From NCBI RefSeq assembly GCF_002105155.1, contig NW_019029016.1:62001-126000 (forward strand): DNA of 64,000 bases, in the 5' to 3' direction. The translations under genes were made by a program, and so were the position numbers. Below, piece after piece: positions 20,809 through 31,139 of the stretch. Origin of the DNA: Lobosporangium transversale. Lineage: Eukaryota. Within the stretch, counting starts at the first letter, position 1, and the number at the start of each line of letters is the position of its first letter. The notes beneath the pieces are model-generated. The model saw only the letters and a list, made by a program, of their open reading frames with translations, had not been told where the DNA came from and ran no database searches.

Positions 20809-23659
20809 GAGGCAGGATTCACTTATTCCAGCAAGCATGGGCGATGATCACAGACGAGCAATGGGTCCGGGACATAATAGCCAAAGGATTCAGGATCCCA
20901 TTCAAGTCGCCACCTCCACTCTCATCCAGCCCAAGCAAGTCCCACAAGCTATCAGTGAAGGAAACAGAGTCCATAGAGAAAGAGATAGTGAGTCTTTTGG
21001 CCAAAAAAGCAATAGAAACAGTATCTTCCCCTACAGGCTTTTACAGTCGGATATTTACCATCCCCAAAAAGACAGGCGATCTTCGTCCTGTATTGAATCT
21101 CAAACCATTGAACCAATATATACCGGACAGACATTTCAAGATGGAAAGTATCAAAAATGTCTGCTCCATGATGAACAAAAACGATTTTATGACGAGCATA
21201 GATCTATCAGACGCATTCATGCATGTTCTGGTACATCCTTCGTCGAGGAAATATCTTCAGTTCGAATGGCAGGGACACCATTACCAGTTCCGAGTCCTTC
21301 CATTCGGGCTCTCTCTGTCCCCCCTTATATTTACGAAGATGTTGCGCCCTGTCCTCAGGTGGGCAAGACGCCAGGGAATCCGAATGACGGCTTACATAGA
21401 CGATCTTCTAATTATAGCTCCCAGCAGAGAACGAGCCATACAATACACCCAGCGCGTCCTATCAAAGCTTCAATCATTAGGCTTCTTAGTGAAAGAAGAA
21501 AAGTCAACGCTAGAACCAACGCAAGTCATAGAGCATCTGGGCTTTACCATCAACAGCAGAAACATGACACTCTCGATCCCTCAACACAAAATCAGAGACA
21601 TTCGCAGGGAAGCGCGCAAAATAAGGAACAATGGCGTTTGCAGCTTAAGAAGTTTATCCGCCTTCATCGGGAAAGCAATGGCAATGACAGCAGCCGTATT
21701 TCCAGCTCGACTGATGTGCCAGCGCCTTCTCCAGATAAAGAACGACGCCCTTCGACAAGGCCACAAATGGACCGACACGATCACAGTGACAGAGTCGGCA
21801 AAGGACAACCTCACATGGTGGATAGACAACCTCCAGCATTGGAACGGACAAACATGGCTCACGGAGAGGACAGAAGTCGACGTTTACACAGATGCCTCGG
21901 ACACAGGGTGGGGTATCGTCGTAGACGATTCGACCTATGCAGGGCGATGGACAGCCTCACAGTCTCACGAGCACATCAACGTCAAAGAACTGCGGACAGT
22001 TCTATTTGCGACAAAGCTTCCCCAACTGCAGGGCAAGACAGTGAACATAATTTGCGACAACATGACCACACTGGCACACATCCAACGGTTCGGAGGGACT
22101 CGCTCAGCTCCATTGATGGAAATAGCGGACACCATTTGGAAGCATTGCCTAGCAACAGGGACACGACTCAAGACAACATATGTCCCATCATCATTCAACC
22201 CAGCGGATGCACCATCACGCAGGATGCAATCGCAGTTGGAATGGAGCATTCATCAGGACTTCTTCGATTATCTACAGAAGATCTGGGGCCCGCATCAGAC
22301 GGATCTGTTTGCATCATCAATCAACAACAAAACAGAGAGGTTCATGTCATGGAAGCCAGACCCCTTAGCGATCAACTTCGATGCACTACGGCACCCATGG
22401 AGCAATCTGGGGAATTTGTACATCTGCGCGCCATGGAACCTGATCCCTCAGGCCCTTCAGAAGCTGAGGCTAGAGAAGCTACAAGCGACGATCGTAGCTC
22501 CGAACTGGCCCAGCGCCCTATGGTATCCAACTCTTCAAGCGATGGCGACTTGTGCCCCCAGAGAGATCCCACGCAAGTATGTCCTCCCAGCTCCAGGACA
22601 AGATCAAAACGTTCTAGCAAAGAATCCGCACTGGACACTGCAAGCATGGCGCGTAAACGGCGCTATTACACAGACCTAGGTTTAGACAGCGAAGCAGCGG
22701 AGACTATACTAGATAACCCTCAGACACAGCGACGGCACAAAAAATACGCCCCAGCGCAACAAGTGTTCATCGATTGGGCCAGGCAAAATGACAGGGATCC
22801 ATTCACCCCCAATCCGATCCTTTTAGTTAACTATCTCAATCATCAGATGCGCAACCGTCCATGGTCTCCCGCCACCACTCTGCAGAAACGCTCAGCCATT
22901 TTAGCTCTATTTCCAGACAAATCAGCGTTTGACAAGAGCCATGTGTATAAGGACTTCATTACAGCCATCAAGGCCAAACACATTCGACCTAGCAACGCAT
23001 TGAGCATCAATCTCAACCCAGCTCTTGATTATATTCGATCCCTTCCTTCTAACGAGGAAATGTCATTCCTTCAGCTCACGAGAAAGCTTTGTTGGCTTCT
23101 AGGCGTTTGTGGGTTCCTTCGTCCAGACGACATTCGATGTATAGACCTGACCAAGACTACATGGACCACAAGCCAACTCATGCTCTTCATTCCTATTCCC
23201 AAAGAGAAACGACTTGGGAACCGCATCGAGAAGACAGTTTGTATTCGTTCCAACAGTGATCCGAAACTGTGCCCTGTGAATACATTTGCTGCGTATTTGC
23301 AAAGATTAACAGATCATCCACTGGAGGTACCACATCCGAAGGATGACAGTCTGACAATTCAACCTCTCATCCGACATTCCAAATATTTGAATCGAGCAGT
23401 ATCAGCAGAAACCATTTCCAATCACATGGACTCGATCTCAACTAAGATCCCAGAAGTGGAAAAGGCTTCCCGACGTATCAAGCCACGCGCACTCGGCTCT
23501 ACAGCTGCAGCTACAGCAGGGGTATCGATTGACGACATCATCGCTCATGGTAATTGGTCTTCTCCGGAAACTTTCCAATATTTCTACCGCATGGCTAGTC
23601 AGACAAGGACGAATTTTACTGAGATCACCCTGGGACAAAACTCTGGATGCACATTATAG
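19967..23659 (+). CDS. Long YR ORF (~1230 aa from ATG 19967), DIRS A2
   Basis: Stop-free frame 19943-23659 with YR motifs at the C-terminus. Confidence 0.9.
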   Translation: MTATSIVPLTSMTSWFLNPRHITLFQTKPFSNFSQILTEKISLSLIQRKKISMRTFGTHYKQPSALTPKTSFRSILHHLLPTYHGPTVPSYGSSSTLIWRSFNPSWLSIRAPWTSMSWMPCKTTVAPTSPRYQPLREFPISSSISSRLAITSTTSECRTLRELMVYSCLPGKAMPRHRLWTPNPFWRKRSFCYPSNETCIPTAQHAVRTGTGMIETIISLKIALRAAILIKVRAISRRASLIATTTSVAVTGIFTMPEATPTGVANGVAAEGINKRPTTSRRQDSLIPASMGDDHRRAMGPGHNSQRIQDPIQVATSTLIQPKQVPQAISEGNRVHRERDSESFGQKSNRNSIFPYRLLQSDIYHPQKDRRSSSCIESQTIEPIYTGQTFQDGKYQKCLLHDEQKRFYDEHRSIRRIHACSGTSFVEEISSVRMAGTPLPVPSPSIRALSVPPYIYEDVAPCPQVGKTPGNPNDGLHRRSSNYSSQQRTSHTIHPARPIKASIIRLLSERRKVNARTNASHRASGLYHQQQKHDTLDPSTQNQRHSQGSAQNKEQWRLQLKKFIRLHRESNGNDSSRISSSTDVPAPSPDKERRPSTRPQMDRHDHSDRVGKGQPHMVDRQPPALERTNMAHGEDRSRRLHRCLGHRVGYRRRRFDLCRAMDSLTVSRAHQRQRTADSSICDKASPTAGQDSEHNLRQHDHTGTHPTVRRDSLSSIDGNSGHHLEALPSNRDTTQDNICPIIIQPSGCTITQDAIAVGMEHSSGLLRLSTEDLGPASDGSVCIINQQQNREVHVMEARPLSDQLRCTTAPMEQSGEFVHLRAMEPDPSGPSEAEAREATSDDRSSELAQRPMVSNSSSDGDLCPQRDPTQVCPPSSRTRSKRSSKESALDTASMARKRRYYTDLGLDSEAAETILDNPQTQRRHKKYAPAQQVFIDWARQNDRDPFTPNPILLVNYLNHQMRNRPWSPATTLQKRSAILALFPDKSAFDKSHVYKDFITAIKAKHIRPSNALSINLNPALDYIRSLPSNEEMSFLQLTRKLCWLLGVCGFLRPDDIRCIDLTKTTWTTSQLMLFIPIPKEKRLGNRIEKTVCIRSNSDPKLCPVNTFAAYLQRLTDHPLEVPHPKDDSLTIQPLIRHSKYLNRAVSAETISNHMDSISTKIPEVEKASRRIKPRALGSTAAATAGVSIDDIIAHGNWSSPETFQYFYRMASQTRTNFTEITLGQNSGCTL
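20718..22679 (+). CDS. Pol (RT-RNaseH-MT), DIRS A2; frame open from 20718
   Basis: PVGGRI..F...W lies upstream of the first ATG (20844). SIDLSDAF, LPFG, AYIDD, YTDAS, DLFAS, CAPW. Confidence 0.95.
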   Translation, partial: PAFLQCPRQLQQGSRTGSRPRASTNDRPPVGGRIHLFQQAWAMITDEQWVRDIIAKGFRIPFKSPPPLSSSPSKSHKLSVKETESIEKEIVSLLAKKAIETVSSPTGFYSRIFTIPKKTGDLRPVLNLKPLNQYIPDRHFKMESIKNVCSMMNKNDFMTSIDLSDAFMHVLVHPSSRKYLQFEWQGHHYQFRVLPFGLSLSPLIFTKMLRPVLRWARRQGIRMTAYIDDLLIIAPSRERAIQYTQRVLSKLQSLGFLVKEEKSTLEPTQVIEHLGFTINSRNMTLSIPQHKIRDIRREARKIRNNGVCSLRSLSAFIGKAMAMTAAVFPARLMCQRLLQIKNDALRQGHKWTDTITVTESAKDNLTWWIDNLQHWNGQTWLTERTEVDVYTDASDTGWGIVVDDSTYAGRWTASQSHEHINVKELRTVLFATKLPQLQGKTVNIICDNMTTLAHIQRFGGTRSAPLMEIADTIWKHCLATGTRLKTTYVPSSFNPADAPSRRMQSQLEWSIHQDFFDYLQKIWGPHQTDLFASSINNKTERFMSWKPDPLAINFDALRHPWSNLGNLYICAPWNLIPQALQKLRLEKLQATIVAPNWPSALWYPTLQAMATCAPREIPRKYVLPAPGQDQNVLAKNPHWTLQAWRVNGAITQT

Positions 23660-23827
23660 GTCGGCTCCCGCTGTGATAATTACACAGCGTTCTCGAATAA
23701 TATGAAGAGAAAAGCATATTATCCGAGGGAGCCGACCTATAATGTCCCACCCTCCTCTCCCTAAGCTAGTCTGGTCCGGAGCTCAAGTCGAAGGTGCTGA
23801 TCAATCTTTGTGGCACCATAGTTTTGT

Positions 23828-23861
<34 letters not shown>

Positions 23862-23981
23862 TTTATTTTTATTTAGTGACTGGATTTTCGGCGAATTAAT
23901 AAAGAAAAGAAGTGACACATTATAGGTCGGCTCCCTCGGATAATATGCTTTTCTCTTCATATTATTCGAGAACGCTGTGTA

Positions 23982-24022
23982 AAAGAAGTGACACATTATA
24001 GGTCGGCTCCCGCTGTGATAAT
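23982..24022 (-). repeat. Isolated 41-bp left-terminus remnant of an oppositely oriented family A element
   Basis: AAAGAAGTGACACATTATAGGTCGGCTCCCGCTGTGATAAT is the reverse complement of 19734-19774. Confidence 0.85.
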
Positions 24023-24690
24023 ACGGCATATCTTCGAGGCAGTTGTGTTGAGAGCGTGGGAGAAAAGTCTGGGGAGCAGCTCTCTAGATTGGGATTCACA
24101 AGAGGAAATGAAGACACTGTTCGCTGCAGAGGCCGATAACATCTCGCGACATATTATATCTGGCAAGCATTTGGAGATGGTCGGTGATACAGCCTCATGA
24201 AACGCAGCTTTATTTCTTCGAGATATGATTCTCTATATTGAGCTTTCAGAGGCTATCAAAGCAGGCGACATAGGGCGGATTGAAGAAGTCCTAAAGTGGC
24301 TTACATTTATGCTTCAGGCAGGATGCACCAGAAACTATGCTAATGAACTTCACACCTCCACTGTGGGCTTCGTTATGCATGGTCTCAAAGAACTAAGCGT
24401 GCTATTATGTCGTCGATGCTGATTAATATCCATGGCGAGCCAAATCAATGGATACCTGCAGACTTGTATCAAGAGCATAACGCTCTGCTTATTAAGGTTG
24501 TCTACGCTGCGAAAGGAAGCAATGGATCGATGGAGTGACTGAGTAGGTCGGTATCTCCTAACATTGAGATATTTAGGGATATTTCATCAAAGCTAGAGCA
24601 ACAATAAAGGGTAACTCGAAATAGAAGCTATCATAAGTCCGTGGGAGGTGAGAAAGATGTCAAGTATGTATTGGAGTCCCTAAGGGAAGT
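24023..24690 (+). pseudogene. DUF6589-like gene fragment (5'-truncated, with stops)
   Basis: N..LF.RDM.LYIELSEAIKAGDIGRIE.VL.W...Q.G..RNYANEL, then W.PADL.QEH. Confidence 0.6.
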
Positions 24691-25619
24691 TGGTACATGT
24701 ATCGGTCTTCTCTTCGTGCCATAATCGAAGATCCTGGTTCCCGTGTTGAAGAAAAGGTTACCGCTAAGAACTTGTCCAATCAAGTGAAGGTTAGTGTAAT
24801 GTATGAATGTATGTCGACATTTTCAGCAATGTAAAAAGTGTTCTTATAAAGTTAGTCAAATGATACAGATAGACCACATGCGAACTGCATGGAAGTCTAG
24901 TGGAGAAAAATCTTTACCTCTAACTTCGAAACGTAAGGGAGACAGGACAGAAGGGAGGCCCTCGAGATTCGCCGGGCCATGGCTTTCCTTACTGTATTAT
25001 CTGAGAGCTAAGGTATTTATCTCGGAAAGTAATAGATATACGTATAATAAAAAGTAGATTCTTATTAAACACACCTGTATTGTCGGTGCTCAATAGAACG
25101 CCTTCCCCAATGTCACATCATCTTTCGAATTTCCAAATGGGGAGGTTGCGTACGAGACAAACCTCAACATCGTCACCAGTGGCAACAACCAAGTTATAGC
25201 GTCTACTTCGGATAGCGAAGATGGCGAAAGCACTTTGGGAGCGTGCAGTAATCGTCGACGCAAGCCAGGATGTGGGTCCGGGTGGTCTGTTGCATATTTC
25301 AATATGCAATATAATAATGGTCCGACTAAAAAACGAGGAAGATCTTAAAAAAAAACACACTAGAGAAATTTCAACTGAAATAGTACGATAAAAAATAAAA
25401 CTAGCAGTAGAAACTAGTGGCAATAAAGCGTCACACTAAGACGCGACAAATCTTTGACATGAGAACCCATGCTGTCTTATAGATAGATATGTAGTTATCT
25501 GGTACAAGCCCCTCTACCAGAAATGAATAAAGAATCCATGGGTGTGGTGTGTGGACCCACATCTTATTCTCACTAACTTTTTTCTACTGTTACGATCTAT
25601 CCGCAAAATATTTTTCATG

Positions 25620-28600
25620 GTCCATGCTGGTATACAATAACCGCAAGCAAAAAAACAAAATAACTTTCATGAAGCGGTGCCTTGGAGTCTACAAGTGTCC
25701 GGTAGACAGCTGCGGGTATCTGGAAAGGCCTAAGCTCCCTACAAGCAAAAGTATAGACGCGCTCCCTCCGCCTCCAAAGGTTCCATGCAAAACACACAGG
25801 CAGTAACTGATTCATACTCCATGCCAGGCAAAAATTGATATAGAGCGATTGGCAATGTTGAAAGAGCCCAGCATCATGGATACCACTATCATCAGCCTCC
25901 ACTGTCAAGGACTGGCAAGATAGTTGTCAAGAAGGTAAGTGTTTAGGAAACAAGGTAGGGATCAGATATGGATTTATTGCAGACTGAGGTTTGCTATGTT
26001 ACTAGTCTATGATATTTATACTTGTTTGACTGGAGCGGAGACGTGTTTCAAGAACTCTAAATAAAGCTTACTCAAATACTTCCTAATGACTTTTACTATA
26101 TGCGGAACTCCAAGTATTGAGTTAACTTAATACACAGGATCCGAGGAAGATATCTGGTGCAATCTTATATCAAGGTTCCTTGGCGCCATGAGCCTTGGTC
26201 ATTGGTCTATAGCTCTTCTAGAATTCTTGGGGCTATTCACTGTGCTAGATAACTAGAAGACCCGACTTGGCTTGACAGACAAAACTATGCATGAGGAAAT
26301 GAGTGAATGAGGAGGGAACAAATTAATCAAGCACACGTGATCTTTTTCTGATTCGAATCAGACGAGCTCAACATTGCTTGCTGTTCGTGACATCCACCAT
26401 CGAACAAGCCGACTGGAGAGGCAATGGCAGAGTTCGAAAAAATGATGAAGATGGCATCAGAGGCGGAGCCTAAGAAGTTGTTGATTGGCACGAAGACCTG
26501 AAAGCCTATCACGGAGATCCATAGCGCTTTTGCTAACCTTAGTCGTACTGCGTACCACAGAAAGAAAATTCTAGATGGCTTTAAGAGATCCTGGAATATC
26601 ACCTCTTTGGCAGCATTCGACCGGGATTATAAGATGATGGGCCCCATCAGCTTATTGGAGAATAAAGCTCATATTATTATTCAGGCGGAATTCATGAAGG
26701 AAATGCTCCAAAACATGGATATTTGTATGCAGACCGACTCCATCGAATCATTTGTCCATGATGAACACTACGCGAATATCAATATCACGTTCACCAGCGC
26801 ATTCAATTTTGTGATCAATAGGGCGGTGCCAGTCGTGATGTCAATGCTATTTGGGAAAACACAAAAGCATTATAAGCACCATTTTTTGGCAATGTTTAAA
26901 TACTTACCTTTCAAGGGATTCGATGAATTTACTGAGGGATTCCCCGGAATGGTCTGTGACTTCAGTGAAGCAGAACGCGTAGGGTTTGAGCTTGCTGTCC
27001 GGGAATATTTTAGGCTCGATGATGATCACGAGATACAGATGGAGAACTTCTACAGGCTCTGTGAGGTCCATTTCCGTCGGTCCTTAATGAGGGTTCAGAG
27101 GAATTCTGCAGTTGTCCCGCCTTCAGAAGAGTTAGTTTTTAACCGCAAATGCCTAGATCTCCTCGACAAGCACACGCCAGAAAAGTTCCATGTACTTACT
27201 CAGGATTTGGTGAAATCTTTCCCAAGGGCAAAAAAGTGGATTGATTGGTATATGAATCCAAACAGAGCAAAGTGTATTTTCCAATCTCTTTCTAATGTCG
27301 ACATGTCGACATTTTCAAAGGATACAAATGCCCAAGAGAGTTTGGGAGGAGATTTTAAGCGCCACTCACCAACTAAAAAGGGCATGAGTGTTGGGGATAC
27401 GTATGAATACGCCTGCCGCTACCTAAGTCTCATCGAACGCGATATTGAACAAGCCTTGAAGGGATCGACGCTAAGATACCATCGCATTAAGTATCCTGAA
27501 AAGAGAAAAAAAGTGGACCGAAGCAACGATGGCTGCGCGCCAGATTGCAACAAGACGCTGTTCCCAGAGATATTTAAGCAGCAGCGTCGAGCAGGTCGTC
27601 TTAAAGGAAGTAGAAACAAAGCCCCCAAGCTAACGATCGACGAAGAATGGGAAGACCTCGCAATACCATGGCAGATCCAATATAAGGGCTTCAAGGCAAC
27701 CAATATATGTTCGTTAGACGCTCCTCTTATGCTTTGGGTATTATTACGTAGGTTTTCCGGGATGCGATACTCAGCAGCTACCTTAGCGACCTCCCAAGGG
27801 AGCCTACTGGAAGATGTCGTTAACCTAGTAGTATCACAAAAACATGCCAAGGCAAGATGGATGTGGTGCAACAAAGCTTTGGGATTAACACCAGAAGGTG
27901 ACCATGATTTATGGGGCTCTGTTGAGGGCAGCTTCACTGATCATTTGCGAGGCTTGACCGCATTCAAGCCTATTTTCAACTCGACGTGTTCTGAAGTGGA
28001 ATGTCCCAATCGAAATTTGAAAGAGACACAAAGTGCTTCTTATTTTGTCATGAGGAGCCATGCAAGGCAAATTAAACAAGAAGGCGTTGACATGTCAACT
28101 AAGAAAGAAGACACTTCTTGTTCTTTGCCACTGCAGGCTCAGGGATCCCACAAGCGGATGCTTTCACTTAACCTCGAAGATGGAACGTTGGAACCTCTGG
28201 AAGTCTGCAGCGGCACGCGGGTGTATTCTCGAATGGAGGTTACTGAATGGCCACTGCTACTCATTATCGACTGCCTTCAGACGTGGCACACCTCTACAGG
28301 CTTTCAACCAACTCAAGTATGGTACCTGAGATCCCACAACCAATTAGCTGGCAACAAAACAGATGGGGATGATGTCTCTAGTAGTCCCAGTGTTACTAGT
28401 GCAGACAAGTCGGAGGACAGTTCAACTGAGAGTCAAAGCCCGAAGGAGGATTCAATCGAGGGCCATGGAGGTTCCAAGGGTGATTCAGGCGAGGGTCATG
28501 GAAGTTTCAAGGGGGATTCAAGTGAGAGCCAAGAAAGCTGCAGGGAGGATTCAAGTGAGAGTGAAGAAAGCTCCAGTGAAGAAAGCTCCAGTGAAGATTC

Positions 28601-28880
28601 TAAGCAACCACGGCAATCACGACAAAATTATCCATTCAGTATCTCCACCAACGTTGTTTCCAATAAGGGAAAGTTGCCAACATGTGAAGGCTGCAATAGC
28701 CAGTTGGAAAGACAAGCTAAGAGATTATTAGTCAAGGTCCCAAGCAACGTCAAGAAAGGGTGGAGTGTTACAAGGTCTTATCACTTTCTCCGGACCTGCC
28801 TCGCTAAGCTACCTCAAGAGAAGTACGACGAGGCCATGCGACAACTGCGAGTACGAACAACACGAGCACAGCATCTGTAG
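25620..28880 (+). mobile_element. GCM-domain/MULE-like DNA transposase gene, 5' part disrupted; 26607-28880 is an intact frame
   Basis: RCLGVYKCP..C...RP (GCM-like Zn finger); QTDSIE...GMVCDFSEAERVGF...CEVHFRRS...TNAQES (Mutator-type D/D/CxxH/E). Confidence 0.7.
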
Positions 28881-29538
28881 AGACAAGAGTTAATTGGAAG
28901 ACAATAGCGTTACTAGTGATCTTAAATTTCTGTTTTCATGATACCAAGTTATGTTCTCTTTACATGGAGTTTGTGCGGGCCAGCTTAAGCGATAGTATCA
29001 TTGCATGTTTATTTGTGAATGTCAATTCTTGTGTTAGTATCAGTGCATGTTTGTTTGTAATGGCCTTTCAGTTATTTTATGTACAATACTAATTTTCTGT
29101 CATTTTAGTATGCAGTATCAGTATGCGATACTGGTACTGAAATACTAAAATCAATACGATCATTTTTTTCCAGTTTGAAAGAGCTATTCTATTTTCCCAA
29201 GAAACGTGCCTCAATAAATGGAGCAGGAGCAAAATTTGCTCTGGTGATATAGCTCGATAGTTCTTTCGCCAACACAACCAATTGCTTGTTTAATGGCCCA
29301 TTCCCGATGTCGAAAATCGAACTTTGGTTTTGGTCCATGAATAGGCCAATAATTCCTTTGAGTCTCTCGATGATTGATTATCCCTAATTGTGAATAACGT
29401 TGCTATGCCGCCAAGCGAGGGCAATTCCTTTATCTTCAGTCGGATTGACGAAGTAACCAACACATTGAATGTTTGCGTTCCAATAACAAGCCGATACCCA
29501 TCCTTTAAGGCGATTGTTGTTGGCCACACGTCCTTATA

Positions 29539-31139
29539 TGGTGCGTGCCAAAACTGATGCAATAATTTGCATTTTTTAACATTCATTCCTCATTCTCCTT
29601 TTCCTTTCTAATGATCTTCCCTACCATCACCGCTTCTCATTCTCATTTGTCTCACCTTCGTAGACTGTCATCGCTGTTCTCATCAATGACGCAATTAGCG
29701 AATAATCGCCATTTGTATAGTCATGTCTCATTGCATCAGTTTTGGTAAAAAGTACATGTCAGGTTTGTCCATCCCTTACTTCTTTCTTATTCTTTATTCT
29801 TTCTTTATAGCACCATCACCACTGATACACCAAGCGACACTCTACATATCTGCCATATCTTTATCATAACATGAAATCATTATCCAAATCAACTATCCAA
29901 AATGCAACTGCTCTACTTCATCAGGGAAAGTCTTCCAGAGAAGTGTCAAAGAGTTTAGGGATATCTGTTACCTCAGCTCAAAGGATTAGGAAAAGAGGCA
30001 AAGAAAGTATTCCAGTGCTGAGAGGGGCCGACCCTGCAAAGTTACTAAGAAAACGAAACAGCTTTTATCAAGATTTTTTGACATGGGTGTATTGGAGACC
30101 CTAAAAGATGGCCAACAACTTGTTCAATTGAGGAAGGAGTGCAGGTTAGTAAATCGAGCATCAGGAGGTTCCTTATGCAGGATGATATGGGGGCATATGT
30201 AAAACAGAAGCAGCCTGATCTGACGAAGAAGCAAATCTATGCTCGATATAATTTTGCAAAGGATCACTTGGACTGGACTCTAGAAGACTGGAAGAACGTC
30301 ATGGTCTCAGATGAGACCATCTTTAGCAGAGTTGGGTCCTGCGGAAGAAAGTACTACTACAAGCATCGATGGGATAAAACTCTACGAGCACATCATATCA
30401 AAAAGACAAGGCAAGGTGGCGGAGGGAAAATGATGTTCTGGGGTTGTATAACTTACTACGGACCAGGCGATGGCTGCTGGCTCCAAGAGAAGGTGGGTTC
30501 GGTAACATACGTCGACGTTCTCAAGGATTATATCTTTAAGTCCAGGGATTACTACTTGATGGATAAGGACAAATTTATATTTCAGCAGGACAATGCTAGG
30601 ATTCATACCGGAAGAATAGCAATGACCTATATCCAAAAGTCTAAGATACCTCTCATGGAATGGCCAGCAAACTCTCCTGACATCAACCCAATAGAAAACA
30701 TATGGGCATACATGAAGGTGCAGTTGGATCATTATCCAGACAAGGCAAAGAATATGGAGGATCTCTGGGAGAGAGTCCAAGACGTATGGACACATATCCC
30801 TCCTGAATTCTTACACAAACTATACTGCGGTATGCCGAAGAGGATGAGGGAGTTATATAAGGCTAAAGGAGGGAACATCGTTAGGGGAAAGGAGAAGTAA
30901 CAGGAATAAATAAAAACAAGAAGTTGTTAATTGCCATAATAGATGCAATGAGATGCTGAAAGCAAATTGCAATTAAATGCTAATTAGGCCACTGATGGCG
31001 ATGACGATGAGACTCCATGGAGGTGAGACAAATGAGAATGAGAAACGGTGGTGGCAGGGAAGATCATAAAGAGGAAGAAGGAGAATGAGGAATGAATGTT
31101 GAAAAATGCAATTTATTGCATCAGTTTTGGCACGCACTA
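29539..31139 (+). mobile_element. Tc1/mariner DNA transposon (~1.6 kb, ~210-bp TIRs, TA TSD)
   Basis: TA|TGGTGCGTGCCAAAACTGATGC ... GCATCAGTTTTGGCACGCACTA|TA; imperfect long TIRs. Confidence 0.92.
29871..30900 (+). pseudogene. Tc1-like DD34E transposase, frameshifted near 30020-30140
   Basis: HTH N-terminus (29871-30104); VSDETIF, FQQDNARIH, WPANSPDINPIENIW. Confidence 0.88.

Larger units (their letters stand above)
19734..23981 (+). mobile_element. DIRS1-type YR retrotransposon, family A copy 2, full length
   Basis: Left ITR 19734-19884, right ITR 23790-23981, ICR 23651-23745, intact gag/pol/YR. Confidence 0.96.

Noticed and set aside
20800..20812. Stop-codon readthrough at CAG-TAG-G for Gag-Pol
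   Set aside because: Pol is in the -1 frame, so readthrough would not enter it.
19734..23981. Ngaro/PAT-type (split direct repeat) classification
   Set aside because: Termini are inverted repeats with an ICR, and an MT domain is present, which is the DIRS1 layout.
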